DNA of 64,000 nt from Blepharisma stoltei ATCC 30299 (GCA_965603825.1 CBFDEM010000057.1:1-64000); one strand, 5' to 3'. Shown: positions 36,620 to 50,012, counted from the stretch's first letter. Made by a program: numbers and translations. The notes: generated by a model not told the origin, from the sequence alone.

Positions 36620-36997
36620 GAAATTTAGATGTGATAAATAAAGGAAGATTTGGATATTTAATGAATTTTAAAAAGTTTATGCTAAAGTTTGCGAAAAAAG
36701 GAATTTTCAGTTTTATTTTTGCGATAATGTAATTCTCGTATTAAATCTTTTTTTTCTTGTTAAATATGAAATTAATTTCTTATATCTATATCAAGCAGCA
36801 ATAAATATTATCTACTCAATATTTATTTCAGAAAATAATTTTTCTTATGGATTAGCCATTAATAAAGGTAATTCTGATATTAAAAGTAGTTTAAATTAAT
36901 TTGAATATGTCTTATGATAGATATAAGCAAAAAGACTAGCTTAGAGCTAAAAATAAAGCAGAGCATCAGGTGAGACAAAATGGTATTAATTTAATAA

Positions 36998-38020
36998 ATG
37001 GGAAACAGACCATCAAAAAAGCCAGCTGTTGAGCTGAAAACCCATGAAGAACATCCAATGACTAACGAAGAAGCCAAAACCATCCAAAAACTACAACGAC
37101 TGCAGTCTAGAAAACGCACAAAACGGAAGCTTGTCAATTTCTGTGACATAGAAGCCACCCCACCACAATCTCCTCGAGATGGCCAAAAAGATGATATTCA
37201 AAAAGAAATCCAAACGTTAGTAAAAAAAAAGAAAAATGAAGAAGCTTCGAATGGAAATTTTATGCCTTTAGCATTAATGAAAGCAGATGTCACTAAAATC
37301 GATGTGACAAAAGGACAAAGCTATCTAAAGAAAAAAAATAAGTCCGAGTTCCAAATAAAAGTCCCAATCCCACCTGTCAAAAGGCACTCAAAATTCAAAT
37401 CAATCCCCTTTGAATATGAAAAACAGCTAAAAACTTATGATGTGGCTCGACATGACTGATTCGGTGAAACCGAAAATATTTTTGAACCACAAACCACCAG
37501 AAGAGACTTTTTAAATTCTCCAAAAGCGGTAAATTTTAACTTAAAATTCACAAAAAACGCCAAAAAAGAGCGTGTGATGACTGAGGGGAATGAAGAAAGT
37601 GTGCCTTATGCTCCCATTTTTAAGCCAAAAAGACCTTCAAAGCTTAACTTGAATTTTGAAGGAATGCACCTTGAAGTGCCAAAACCTAAAGCTAGTGAAA
37701 ATTTATTGCCTGCCACTCCTATGATAAATAGAGGCCAGCCGGGGCTTAGAAGTTTGGTAAAGGAAAGAAGCTTACAATTTATAGATCCTATGCCATTTGC
37801 ATCGTTTTCTGGTAAAGACTCATCTATAAGATCTCCACCCCCTTCAGCATTGCCAGTATTGCCAGACACTCCAATTGGGCCGAAAAATAAAATCATTAGA
37901 TTAAGGACAAAAATCAGATCTAATCTAAGTAAGGACTTAGCAAATGAAAAATTGGAAGCTCCAAAGAATCTAAAAGACCAAATTGTATGGAAAGGTCAGA
38001 ATGGTTATATTGATCGTTGA
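36998..38020 (+). CDS. Basic/Pro-rich hypothetical protein, 340 aa, with MGNxxS myristoylation-like start
   Basis: ORFs 36998-37459 and 37574-38020 join via UGA=Trp; the terminal codon is TGA, in frame with the next gene. Confidence 0.75.
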
Positions 38021-38047
38021 ATTATTAATTTGTTTCTTAATAAGAAT

Positions 38048-39349
38048 ATGTCTTTAAAAGACTTTTTATTAATTTCAAAGCTCGGCGAAGGAGCCTATAG
38101 CGTCGTCTGAAAAGCTCTCCGAATCTGTGACAACGAAGTTTACGCCTTAAAAAAAGTATCCCTCGGCAAATTGAAACCAAAAGAAAAATCAAACGGTCTT
38201 AACGAAGTTCGAATTTTAGCAAGCATAAACCATCCCAATGTAATTGCTTACAAAGAAGCATTTTTCGATGACGATAGCAACAGCTTATGCATTGTGATGG
38301 AATACGCCGATGACGGCGATTTATACCAAAGAGTCCTAGAATATCAGAAAAAAGGCACTTATATGGCAGAAAATTTTATATGAGATGTTTTAATACAGTT
38401 AACGAAAGGCCTTAAAGCGCTCCACAAGCTCAATATAATGCATAGAGATTTGAAATCTGCTAATGTATTTTTGTGTAAGGACGGAAGTGTAAAATTAGGG
38501 GATATGAACGTTTCGAAAGTGGCTAAACAGGGGATGATGAACACACAGACAGGGACACCTTATTATGCGAGCCCTGAGGTATGGAAAGATGCACCATATG
38601 ATATTAAGTCTGATATTTGGTCACTTGGCTGTGTAATTTATGAAGCAATTACGCTAAAACCGCCTTTTCAGGCTGAAGATATGCAAGGGCTTTATAAAAA
38701 AGTGATAAAAGGGGATTATCATCCTATACCCAGAGGGTTTTCGCAAGATTTGGCTAATGTAATATCGCAGCTTATACAAGTTGACCCGAAGCTGAGGCCA
38801 AGCTGTTCACAAATTTTGATGATGCCTGCTGTGACTAGGAGGGTAAATTTAATAGAGGAGGACGAAAATATTGACAATTATTTGTTAGGGACTATTAAGA
38901 TGCATAAAAACATGCCACAAGATAAGCTGCCAAGAGCCAAGTATAGAGATGATTTAAGACAGAATTTGAGTGAGCCGCCTCCTGAAAATGATTCCGATAT
39001 AAAACAATTGACGAGTAAACAAAAAACGAAAGATTCTCTTAAGATGAAAAAGAATGCGTTTTCCGGTAGAGTTAAAGATTATAGTTTTGATAGCTTAGGA
39101 AATCTTGAGAAATTTGGACTTTCTTCAGTAAAGAGAAAAAGCATTCGGAATAAGAGCGAAATGAGAGAAAATTATGACACTTTGAAACTTCCTGGTGTTT
39201 CACAAAAGACTAGGAAATATAAGGTCTTTGACGGTATTGAATCATTAAAAAGGGAAGGATATTTAATGAAATATATGCCTTTACCACAGCGAAGAAGAGT
39301 TTTTCAAAGAAACCCGAACACGAATCAAAGCTACATTGTCCATCTTTAA
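38048..39349 (+). CDS. NIMA-related (NEK) Ser/Thr kinase
   Basis: MSLKDF..LGEGAYSVV, YALKK, HRDLKSANVFL, GDMNVSK, GTPYYASPE; UGA=Trp joins the pieces. Confidence 0.95.
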
Positions 39350-39441
39350 CTAATGTAAGATAAATTCAACAGTTTTAGTTGCTCAATTAATAATTTCACC
39401 TTCCCTAAAATTAAATTTTTTGATTGCATATTTATTTATAG

Positions 39442-42400
39442 TTAAATTATCTCAATTAAGAAACATATTGCAAGAATCACCAACTGTTTTGCAGAGTCTA
39501 AACTAAGTGGTGTTAGGGCAGGGACAGCAAGTGTTTTAATAGTTAATGCAACCTCATTTTCTGAAAACTGTGGATTACCTGGATAATTATTTCCACAGAT
39601 AACGTATACATTGTAGTCTGTAGACCCATTTAATCCACTAACAGTTACATTAGTCGCTACTCTTGCACTCATTTTTGCAGAAATAGATGGAACTATTTTA
39701 TTTTCTGAATCAACCCCTAATACAACTTGCTGAGGTATCAGCACTGAAGCATTATTTTTATTAGCCACCGCAGTTGCATATATATACCCATCCTCTTTAA
39801 GAGCCACTGAAATAGTAATTTCACTATACTTGCCAGTTGTATAAACTTTAGGAGATAATTCATAAATACAAGGCTGAAAATATACAGCTTGGATTTTTGC
39901 TTTAGAAGATTGATCATAATAAGGGATGAGGCTGGAAAACGCTGGTTGGAATAGCCTAGTAATAATTGTTTGTGGGGTCGGATAGTTTGTACTTGACAAA
40001 TCATCAACAATATAATAAAAAAGAGTCCCATTGCTTTGTGAAAGCCTTCTTGACACACTTGATGTAGAAATTAGCCTTGACTCAGGTAAACTTAAAACAG
40101 TCATTAGTGCCGATTCTATTTTTTCCACTTGAGATTTCGTTAAATAAGTTTGGTTAAAATGAAGCTCAGCCATTGCAGCAGAATACCTAGAATCTGTGCC
40201 AAACTCACAAGAAGCCGCATCAGAAGAGGTTCTTCCAGCCATATCTTCAAGTCACACATAAAGCACATATGAAGTTTCGGCTAAAAGACCATCAAAATCA
40301 ATACCATTATTAATTCCTCCATACAGAATTAAAGACCCAAACACAATTTTCGTCACATTGGAGCTTAAAACTTGGTTTTTTGTGTCTAAAAAGGAGGGTT
40401 TTGGTGCCCCAAATAGTGATAACGAGTAGTATGCGATGGCTGCTTTATTTGAGGATACAGAAAAGCTTGCAGAGGATTTTCCTGATTTATCTAAAGTAAG
40501 AGAGTTTATTGCTGGGGATATGCTGTCGCTTGAAATAATTCCAAAAGAGATGTTAACTGGGATATTTCTGTAGATAAATCTGTTTGTGCCTGATAAAGAA
40601 ATAGTTAATAGAGGAATACCTGAAAGCGTTATATCACTGGATGCGGAAATATTGAATTTCTGTATATAAGAACTTGAAGTAAATTTTAGAATAGAAGGTG
40701 AAACAGTTAAGCCAGAGCTGGTATATGAAATTCCTAACGAAACTGATACATCTTCTGCAGGTGCCGCATCAAGAATAAACGATAATGGCAAACTCGTCCC
40801 GCCCACTGGAACCGATAATATTCCATTGATTCGTGAGCCTAGGTTTCTTAAATGAACTACTCTTAAATAGCTTTCAAAAATGGGTGTATAGAATGGAGAT
40901 GACAGTTCTCCACTTATTGCCCATTGAACAATATAAGTGTCTGAAATTGTTATATAAGGAACTGAAATTGTAAATGACGCTTTTACTTGTCCTACAGACA
41001 ATGATATTTGGTTTGGCGTAAAAATGAAGCCTTCACAGTTAGGTATTAAAATCAAGCCTAAAGCACAGGGGTAGTCAAGTGTTATAAAAATGTCTTTAGA
41101 AGTTGACCCTGCTTCTACGCTGACAATTTCATCAGAATTTATTTTAATTAAAGGTCCTGGGTATACATAGTCAAAATCATAGTAATTTACATTCTGATAA
41201 GTCCGGCCCATTACAGCCTGATTTACACCATCATAAGTCCTGACTACCAAAGACCCCACTTTTCCTTCATACAGAGGGTTCGAAATATTTTTAATCTTAA
41301 TTTCTAAATTTCCTGCATAAGCGGCGCTATTTCCTTCAATTTTTATAGTATTATAATATTTTTCTATATCTGGTGCTCCATTTTGCCAGAAATTACTTGT
41401 AGTACATTCAGGATTTGCGTTATCTAAAGAATACTGACTAGGAAAATCCACAAAAATTTCTCCTCCATTATCTTTGCTAGGCACCATATCATTAAAAGTG
41501 ATATCCAAAGAAAAGCTATTAGAATACCTCGTATACAAATTTAAGTTTACTAAATAGTTCAGGATCATTATGCTAGGAGACTCATATATTAAAGCAGGCC
41601 CTGCTTTATCATTATACTGAATTCATGCATTTTCGCTTATTATCCCTACCTTAAAATAATCAGTTTTAGCAGAAGTGTAGGATGGGTTAATAATTCCGTA
41701 TAGAGAAATATCAATTTTGCATGATTTACAATAGGTGTAATCAGAGGCTAAAGTAATTAAAATTTCATGGTCATTAGAGCTGTTTCAAGACATATCATAG
41801 GATCCTGAACATTTTATCGTATTTCCTAGCCAATTGTCATAGGAATTTGGGAAAATAATAGAAATGCTATAGTCTGTAGTAAAACTAGCAGAAGGTAAAA
41901 TAGAAAATTCATAAGTAGCGATTTCTCCTTCATTTCTAGGGTAAAAAACTATATCAGATATAGACAAAGATTTTGGATCTTCCAATATTTTAGCCGAAAA
42001 CGTGCTTGGTAGCGTCGTATCTAAAGTAACCCCATTAAATTCTGTATGTGCATAAAATGACGAAAAAGTCCCTTGGCCGGGGTTTTGTATTTGTCTTACC
42101 CTTAAAATAAAATTTTCCTCAATTTTACTTGCTGTTACAGCCACAATTTCTGCACCATTCATAGTGCATGATTTTAAAATTCCACTATCTAAAATACAAG
42201 ATAAAGGTGACGGAAATGCTGCATATTGGCTTGGGAAATATATATGAATAGACCCTCCTATATGTATATAATTTGTCACTGCACAAGAAAACATATAATC
42301 AGCATATAAATATCTATTGCTTGGAAATGGGCTTAAATCTGCACAAAATAGCTCCCCAGCTGTATATTGGGTATCAAAATTTAATTCTGGGATAGAGTTA

Positions 42401-45363
42401 AAGCTATCTATTGTATATCCCTCATTGGTTTGTACTTTAACTGAAAATGTGCCTGAGCTTGAAGGGTTTATGAAGCCAAAAATCATGATGTTTATATAAG
42501 ATTTTTCTGGAAGACTTAAAAAGTTAGAAATTGTGATGGTAGTTGTGGAGGCTACGCAGGAAATTCCTGCATTAGAAGCTTGTTGCAGCCCAATATATGA
42601 ACAAATTAATCCTGGGCTGAGACTAGTCAAAGTGTACATATTTGAAAAATTTATCAAAATTTTTGAGTTTTCAGGAAGTTTATTTAAGGTCTGCAACTTA
42701 ATTGTATATGTAACCCCAGCTGAGCCTTTATGCAAATCGTCAGCTTCTAAAGTTGCTTTTAAAAGAGTCCCTTCTGTTAATGCTGGAATATACGTGGATT
42801 CAGTGACTATATTTTCAGCTAGACTATTTTGGCATGCATATATAATTATTCCATTACGTCCTGCTGGCACTGATCCTGGATTTTTAAGTCCTGATATTCT
42901 TAAAGTATGAGTAGCCGCCGACAAGGCAGAATTTTGGATATAAATCATATTTGAAGCGCTGAAGCAAAAACATGTTTTTGAATTATTATCTACTTTACAT
43001 GATATTGAATCAGTGCAATAGCCTTCTCCATGCACAGGGCTTATTCTCACTAAAATTGCTGAGTTTAGTCCTGATGTTGTATCTGTTGATATTGTAAAAC
43101 TTGTTATTGTCAACTCACTATCTGCAAATAAGTTTAAATTTGATAAAGAAATCGTCGCACTATCTGTTGATGACTGTGTGGGGTCACTTCCTGCAAGATA
43201 ATTAACTGTGTCTCTATTTAAAGTGGTTGTTTTATAACTACTTCTTAAATATGCTGCTATAAAACCTATTGATGATACTGCAGATTGTGAATATTTTATA
43301 TTAGGGAACATAAATTCTACAGTACTCCCTGAGCTTATCTGGCTATAGCCTGTTATTCTGATTACTACATTATTTGAAGCTCCAGTTGAAGCTGGGACTT
43401 GTGCCAAATAACAATTAATTTGTTTTTGAGGACTTTTGCATTCTATTAATGATTCTTGTCCAGCTCCTAGCCCTAAATCAGTCCTAAATAATAAATTAGT
43501 CGAATCCTTTGTGGGGACTGAAATTTCAATATAGCTATAACTATTTGTTAAATCATTAGGGATTACTGCAGATGGGATATTTACAGATGGGCTTATAGTA
43601 AAGCTTAAAAGTGTAGGGGTATCTTTAACTGTATGCACAGGCAAGAATCCAGAAGAAGTAAACGCTGGGTACGTGATATGGACTATTACAGACCCAGTTT
43701 CTAATAAAAGAGAATTTTGGTCATAGGACTGGACGTCTATATAGTAATATCCTTCATACTGAGGGGTTGTTAGGACTGAAGAAATAGCGATTTTTGAGTC
43801 ATGATAAGAAAGAAAGTCTCCTGAGCCTGCAGGGTAGGTAGAAGTGCTTGAAAAAAGCTTGACTTTTATAGTAGTGCCTGCAGAAGTGCATGATAAAGAA
43901 TTATCAGTTGCTACATTTTTAGGGGTGATTTGGCAATTAGAATTTGTCGGATTTCCAATAGTAAAATCACTTGGAAAAGTAAACCAGACATACCCTTGGT
44001 TTGGGATTAATATATTAGGGATTATTGTAAACGTCGCTGTTTGGACACTATTTGGTGTATTTGCCATATTTAAAGAAACAGAAAGTGAGGTATAGCTAGA
44101 AATAATGGTTTTTGCGTCAGATAAATTTTGGTCTATTGTATTCCCATTCTCATTCAGGGTAGATATAGCAATGGCTTTTGTGGCTCCTGAGTTCGGCAGA
44201 TTTGTTAATTGGACTGTCAGTGATATTTCTTGTGGCTTAAAAGCTTGAAAATTAGTTATTATTAGAATTTTGGTACTTGTAGAGTATGACATAGTTACGG
44301 TCTGAAACTGAGAAATATCGATAAGCCCATAATTCATATACAAAATACTGCTACCATCACAATTAAAATTTGAGCTAAATCCAAGAGTAATTGACCCACC
44401 TAGGGGTATAGAATGGGCAGGGGTAAATTTTAGTGTATAAAGTTGAGTTTTCCCACGTGAAGCTATAAAAGAGTTATTAGGGGTTAATGATATGTTAGTT
44501 ATATCACCAGCTGTTATAGATATACCTGGGATATTTACCGCTTTGTCTATAATAGAATTTGTTTTCGTGGTCCCTGTTTGAATGCTAAAACTCCCAGTTG
44601 TCTGGACATAGCCTGGAGTTGTAGCAGAAATGCTTATTGATATATAAGAGCTTGCTGAAATATCAACAGGCAGCTCATTAAGCGTCACCTCATTCCCAGA
44701 AACCACACAATAATTGTTAGCTTGAGCCAATTTTCCATCGATTTTCAAATTTGTGCAGCTTGGGGTATTGCTTATAAGAAAACCATTAGGGAACGTAAAT
44801 TTCATCCAATTTCCTTTCTGTAAGCTTGTCTGGGTTTTAAAGCTAAATAAATAATTTGTCGAGGAATTTACCTTGGAGTTCCCATTGGTGTCTATAGCTA
44901 CCTGAGCAGACGTCAAAGCTCCAGGAGAAGGAGAAATCCCAATAACCCCAAACACAGAATTGCGTTGGGTTAAATATTGAGAAGAATAAGCTGAAATTTG
45001 AAAAGGTCCGGTACCTCCAGATGTGGAAGGATTCAGAACGCTATAAACTGCGACTGAAGTAAAGCTTTGGGTATATATTAGTTTATTACTTGTAAGAGTA
45101 ACTTGGAGGTTTGATATAGTGCATGGCATGCTGCAAGTTACTGCTGTAGTTAGAGATGAAGAATATTGTCTAGGAAAATCAATAATTATAAAATCTCCAA
45201 TAAGAGCTTGTCTTGACAGCTGAAATGTAAATGTATAATCTGCATATTCATTGGCATTGTTTTTAGAAGGGTTTATTGGTAAAATATCAGCTGGGGTTAT
45301 AGTGCCAATAGAGCTGAATGATCTTCCTCATGCTTGGAAAATTGTTAAGAAAAATATTAGCAT
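39442..45363 (-). CDS. Large secreted/GPI-anchored Ser/Thr-rich surface protein with tandem beta-sandwich repeats, 1973 aa
   Basis: Three ORF-track pieces are one frame with UGA=Trp, from ATG 45363 (MLIFFLTIFQAWG signal-like) to TAA 39442; hydrophobic C-terminal tail; recurring YxFxF..FP..C..NP repeats. Confidence 0.88.
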
Positions 45364-45391
45364 TTATTATTAAAGATTAATTAATTTAAGC

Positions 45392-46162
45392 TTAATGCTT
45401 GGATTTCTTTTTCTTTTTATCGAGCTTTAAGTCGACTTTCTTTTTATCAGTCCAGAACTTCGCACAAATTTTGATTGGCTCAAAAGTATTTGCCGCAAAA
45501 GCTGCTTTGCCTACAACATGGGTTTTTGCCATTTCTTCAGTAGCAAATCTTTCTGAGAGTCCTTTAATGGCAGTGTTCAAATTTTCGATAACTTCTTTAG
45601 TTTCTTCCAAGACCTTTTTTACCCCAGATAACCTGCTGCAATTAACCGCTATACATTTAGTGGCTTTTAGTTTGTCCATAGGACCAAGACTTTCCATGCC
45701 GCTTTTAGCCTCTTCAGGGAAGTTTGGGATTCTTTCAATGATATCATTAAGTTGAGGTCTCAGTTCTTCAAGTCTGTTAGGTGCCGTTTCTAAGGTTTCA
45801 ACAAGATCGTTCCATCTGTCGACGATTGAATAATGATCGCTCTTTAAACCTTGTTTATCTACTTCAATATACGGTTTATAGTCAACAAGCCTCAGATGAA
45901 TTTTTTCAAAATCCCCATCAGTTGAAGCTGAAAAACAATAAAGCATCATTGTGATCGCATCACTAAGAGTTTGATGCTTTATCACATGAGCTCCTGTAGC
46001 TCTCGTGAAGTACTTTATAGCTCTTTTAAGCGACTTAGAAACATTGTGGAGATTCTGAATTGGGTCTTTGACATTGTAAAACATGTCATCAACAACTGCA
46101 ATTTTGCATCATTCTAAGTTAAGATTGACGCTCTTTTTCTTTTTGCTGTGGTGGCCACCCAT
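45392..46162 (-). CDS. N-myristoylated helical protein, paralog of 46616-47386, 256 aa
   Basis: Extends via UGA=Trp to MGGHHSKKKK at 46162; shares MLYCxSASTDGDF. Confidence 0.88.
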
Positions 46163-46615
46163 TAGATTTAGATTATAATGACAAAAATTAAGTCAACTGA
46201 TTATTGATTAAATGGATAAAATTTTAATTAATGGCAGAGATGGGATTTTTATCATTATTGGACAACTCATAAATAAATATTTTAGTGTTAGGGTTTAATA
46301 AATTGAGAAGTCGTCTGAAAGAGATAAATAAAAATAATTCGAGCCTGTCAGAAATGTACAGAAAATGTACTTTCAAAATTTTAAAATCCTTGGCTGACGT
46401 TACTTTTCTATTCAATTGCTAATAACTTCTATTGATTTAATTTTTTTTCTAATTTCCGATCTTTATATTTTAATTTTCTAAGCTTCAGCTTTTTTATATT
46501 GAAACAAAAATGTCTACCCTTTCCCTTACATTTCTAAGATTAATAAGATTAAACAAAATATACACACACAGTTATTTCGATAAATATTGAATTATTTATT
46601 TGGCATCAAGCCTAT

Positions 46616-47386
46616 TTACTTTTTCTTTGGTTTTGGAGGCTTATCCAAAGTGAGATCGATTTTAGTAGGGTCTGGCCAAAACTTCCTTATAATATCTTTT
46701 GGCACATAAACATGGTCTTTATGAGCGTCCTTGCCAATTTTTTCTATCTTTGCTCGTTCTTCGCTTGTGCATTTACTTGCAAAACTAGCTAGTGCTTGAG
46801 TAACCTCAGCAATAGTTTTCGTGAACTCAGTAAGGATTTTGCTAGCTGCAGTCAGCCTAGATACATTTGTAGCACAGCACTTTATTCCTCTAGCTTTGTC
46901 TATCATATTTGCGTTTTCTAATGCACTTTTTGCTTGGCTAGGGAAATCGGGGATTTTTTCAAAGAATTCTTTTAATTGTCCTGGGAGCTCGGCTGCTTTT
47001 GCTACGGATTCTTCTATTGCTTCTAGCATGTCGTTCCAAGCGTCTGCAATATGATGATGTTCAGGCTTGAGACCGTGCCTTTCTATGTTCACATATGGCT
47101 TTTCTGGTACAATTTCCAGATTGATTTTGCTGAAGTCGCCATCAGTTGACGCTGAGTAGCAATAGAGCATTGAATCCAGCGCGTCTTTGAATGTAGCGTC
47201 TTTGATGATGTGGCAGCCAGCTGCCTTTTTCAGCTTTCTGATATGTTTGTTAAGTTTATGACTAACCTTGTCAAGAGTTGCGAGAGGCTCAGCTGCCGCA
47301 CTGAACATGTTATCGATATCTACAAGATTGCAGACCTCCATCTCAATGTTGATTTTCGTTTTCTTCTTGCTTCCACCACAGCCCAT
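46616..47386 (-). CDS. N-myristoylated/palmitoylated helical protein, 256 aa
   Basis: MGCGGSKKK start, Lys-rich tail; tandem paralog. Confidence 0.9.
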   Translation of the reverse strand: MGCGGSKKKTKINIEMEVCNLVDIDNMFSAAAEPLATLDKVSHKLNKHIRKLKKAAGCHIIKDATFKDALDSMLYCYSASTDGDFSKINLEIVPEKPYVNIERHGLKPEHHHIADAWNDMLEAIEESVAKAAELPGQLKEFFEKIPDFPSQAKSALENANMIDKARGIKCCATNVSRLTAASKILTEFTKTIAEVTQALASFASKCTSEERAKIEKIGKDAHKDHVYVPKDIIRKFWPDPTKIDLTLDKPPKPKKK

Positions 47387-48283
47387 GGCTATTAATTATT
47401 ATTACGATTTGTATAACTGCCCAAAAAATCCTTAAATATGGATTATCACTGAGAGACTGTTTTTAAGCTTATACAGCTAATGGAGTTTGAAATTTGAGAA
47501 AATTAGGCAAAATCTGACGGAGAAACATATAAGAAAATATTGATGTTTATAGTTTAAATATTATTAGTAATCAAAATATTCTTTATATTTATAATAAAAA
47601 AGCAAGCAAATCAGAAAATACAAATAATAAAAAAATACTAATTGGGAACTGAAAAGCCTTAAGTTTTTTATTTCAATAGTTCAACGAGGTGAGGTAAAGT
47701 GCTTTTGTTTTATTAGAAAGTATTTTATATTAAAAAATTAAGTTAAAATTGCCAATGCTTTTAATTTAACTTTAATTTATATTAATTCACCGATTTTTGG
47801 TAGAAATCACTTAATAGTAAGGACTTAAATGGAGTAAATAAAGCAAATTTATATCAAGTTGATATTTCTGGTCATTTGCCTCAAAATTTTCTTATCAAAA
47901 TAATTCTAATTAAGGTCTATTTCATTTTCCAACCTATTAAATTAAAAATTTGAAGATAAAATAAATAAGTAAATCTTTGAATTATTCTTGTCTATTTAAA
48001 AATACACCTCTCTAGAATAAATTGCTGAAGGGATGATCTTTTATGATCCCACAATTTAAAATTATTAGGAATATGTAGCAGGCATTTAAGTTTTAAAATT
48101 TTTAGTGGGTCTAGTAAATTCCTGGCGATTCAATACGATGATCTGAATATTTCTGTCTCCTCAACTTTAATTATTATAGCTATGAAATTGGATATTATAT
48201 TTAGAATGATTAACAGAAACTAATCTGATTTCTATAAAAAATACTCCAAACTGTGGGTATATGGAGAAGTAGGACATTTTATA

Positions 48284-48567
48284 GGCAGATAAAGTGGATG
48301 CCTTAGATTTTAAGCATGGAGTTTGAAGATACATGCCGAAAAGGAAGGGGTTTTTCATTAAAGCTTCCTTAAGCAGTTACTTTTCTCATTGAGTCTTCAC
48401 ATATTGCGACTTCGGGCGGTCAACAGAGCTGCCCTAGTTGATGGAGTTAATCCTAGTCAGGCTGTCCAACGAGTGCTCAAGACTTTTGGCTAATTATTTT
48501 TATCTGGTCTGCAAGCCATCTTCCTATTAGCGAGGTGATGCCAATCAGTGGCTCATCTGCTTAAAAT
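48284..48567 (+). ncRNA. Candidate structured non-coding RNA (unassigned)
   Basis: GC-richer island in a 1.4-kb intergenic gap with nested complementarity; G-U pairs favour the + strand. Confidence 0.3.
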
Positions 48568-48794
48568 AATAATTTCATATTTTCTACTTGAAAAAACTGT
48601 TTCAGAATTTTATATATTTTAAAGCAAAAAATTTATCATTTAAATTTTGCATGTATAAAATATACATAAATACTTTAAACCAATTTTTGACCTCTTTTAA
48701 AAACAAACTATTTTTAGAATCATTTCATATTTATATTAATTAAAACCACAAATATGAGTTTCTATAAGGCTTTAAATTATCAGCAAGCATTTTT

Positions 48795-50012
48795 TTAGAT
48801 TATTAAAGGCTCCATCATCGGTCCTTGCTGCACTTGATTTGAATCACAAGGTCCTAGCATTACACAGAATATTTTCATCAAAAAGAAAAACATCCCAACT
48901 GCCGGAGACAATACAAAAGACAATAGCAGCACAGTCAGGAATAAAACCTCCATTAAAAACCCGAACACCAAAATAAACGGTGTAAATAAGCATTTTCTCT
49001 TGCAAGAATAATATCTCCCTTCAAATGTAATTTTAAACGCTAAAAAGTGGCCACAAAATATCATGATAAGTATGACAGCTATTGGGGACAATATTATTAA
49101 AAGCAGATATAATATAAACCTATGTGAAAATAAAAATTTGAGACAGCACGGCAGCCCAGTTGGGTCAGGAAAACCTTGACTTCTTTCAATATAGTTATAA
49201 AGAACAGCAGCTGCAAAAAGGTACCAGAATGGAAACAGCATAATCATAAAAATTATATGCCAATACAAATCCAGTTTACTTCGCCCAAACATACACTTAA
49301 ACTCACTGTGCTGAGCTACAGGATTTCCACAGTTCCAGCACCAATAATGCCCACATTGAATACAAGTCATATGTGAGCATCCTCCATTTTTCTCAACCCT
49401 CCAAAAGCATTTTGGGCAAGCTTTTGCATTTCTTTGAGAAGCCCATCGTTCGAATTTTTTATCAGTTTTGCATTTTTTCCTGCCGTGCCAAATTTGATTG
49501 CATTTTGCACAAAAATAATTATGACAGATATTGCATTGGAGCTTTAATTTTCCGCCTCCAATTGTATCGTAGCCTTCACAGTTAGGATAAGGACACCATT
49601 TAATATTTGGGTCGCTTTGAAGCTGAATTCTTTTCATAAGTTTATCATACAGTTCTAATCTTTCTCCAGATAATAGTTGTCGGATTATATTAGCAGGGAA
49701 AATATTGCTGCAGGTATATTCGCAGCATTTTATTTTGACAACTTGGCCTTCATGGACTTGTAAGTCTAAGTATTGATTGAAGCAAGATTTACAAAAAGTG
49801 TGGGAGCATGGGGAAAGTTTAATAAACTCTGATCTGATTTCGAAGCATATAGGGCATTGTTTTTCTTCAGTAGTTTCAAATTCTATACCTGTGATTGTGC
49901 CTAAAGGAATTATAGCTTGCACTGTTTCTCTTATAGCATCTCCACTGTCATAGAAAGGATCTTCTACCCAATTTCTCTCTTCATAATCTGGTATATCACT
50001 ATATAAACTCAT
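48795..50012 (-). CDS. RBR (RING-IBR-RING) E3 ubiquitin ligase with C-terminal TM helices
   Basis: CPIC..CSHTFCKSC, WCPYPNC, CPKC..KNGGCSHMTCIQCGHYWCWNC. Confidence 0.93.
   Translation of the reverse strand: MSLYSDIPDYEERNWVEDPFYDSGDAIRETVQAIIPLGTITGIEFETTEEKQCPICFEIRSEFIKLSPCSHTFCKSCFNQYLDLQVHEGQVVKIKCCEYTCSNIFPANIIRQLLSGERLELYDKLMKRIQLQSDPNIKWCPYPNCEGYDTIGGGKLKLQCNICHNYFCAKCNQIWHGRKKCKTDKKFERWASQRNAKACPKCFWRVEKNGGCSHMTCIQCGHYWCWNCGNPVAQHSEFKCMFGRSKLDLYWHIIFMIMLFPFWYLFAAAVLYNYIERSQGFPDPTGLPCCLKFLFSHRFILYLLLIILSPIAVILIMIFCGHFLAFKITFEGRYYSCKRKCLFTPFILVFGFLMEVLFLTVLLLSFVLSPAVGMFFFLMKIFCVMLGPCDSNQVQQGPMMEPLII

Noticed and set aside
48478-48510. U2 snRNA-like CTTTTGGCTAA..TATCTG
   Set aside because: It lacks the GTAGTA branch-pairing sequence and the stem I 5' strand.
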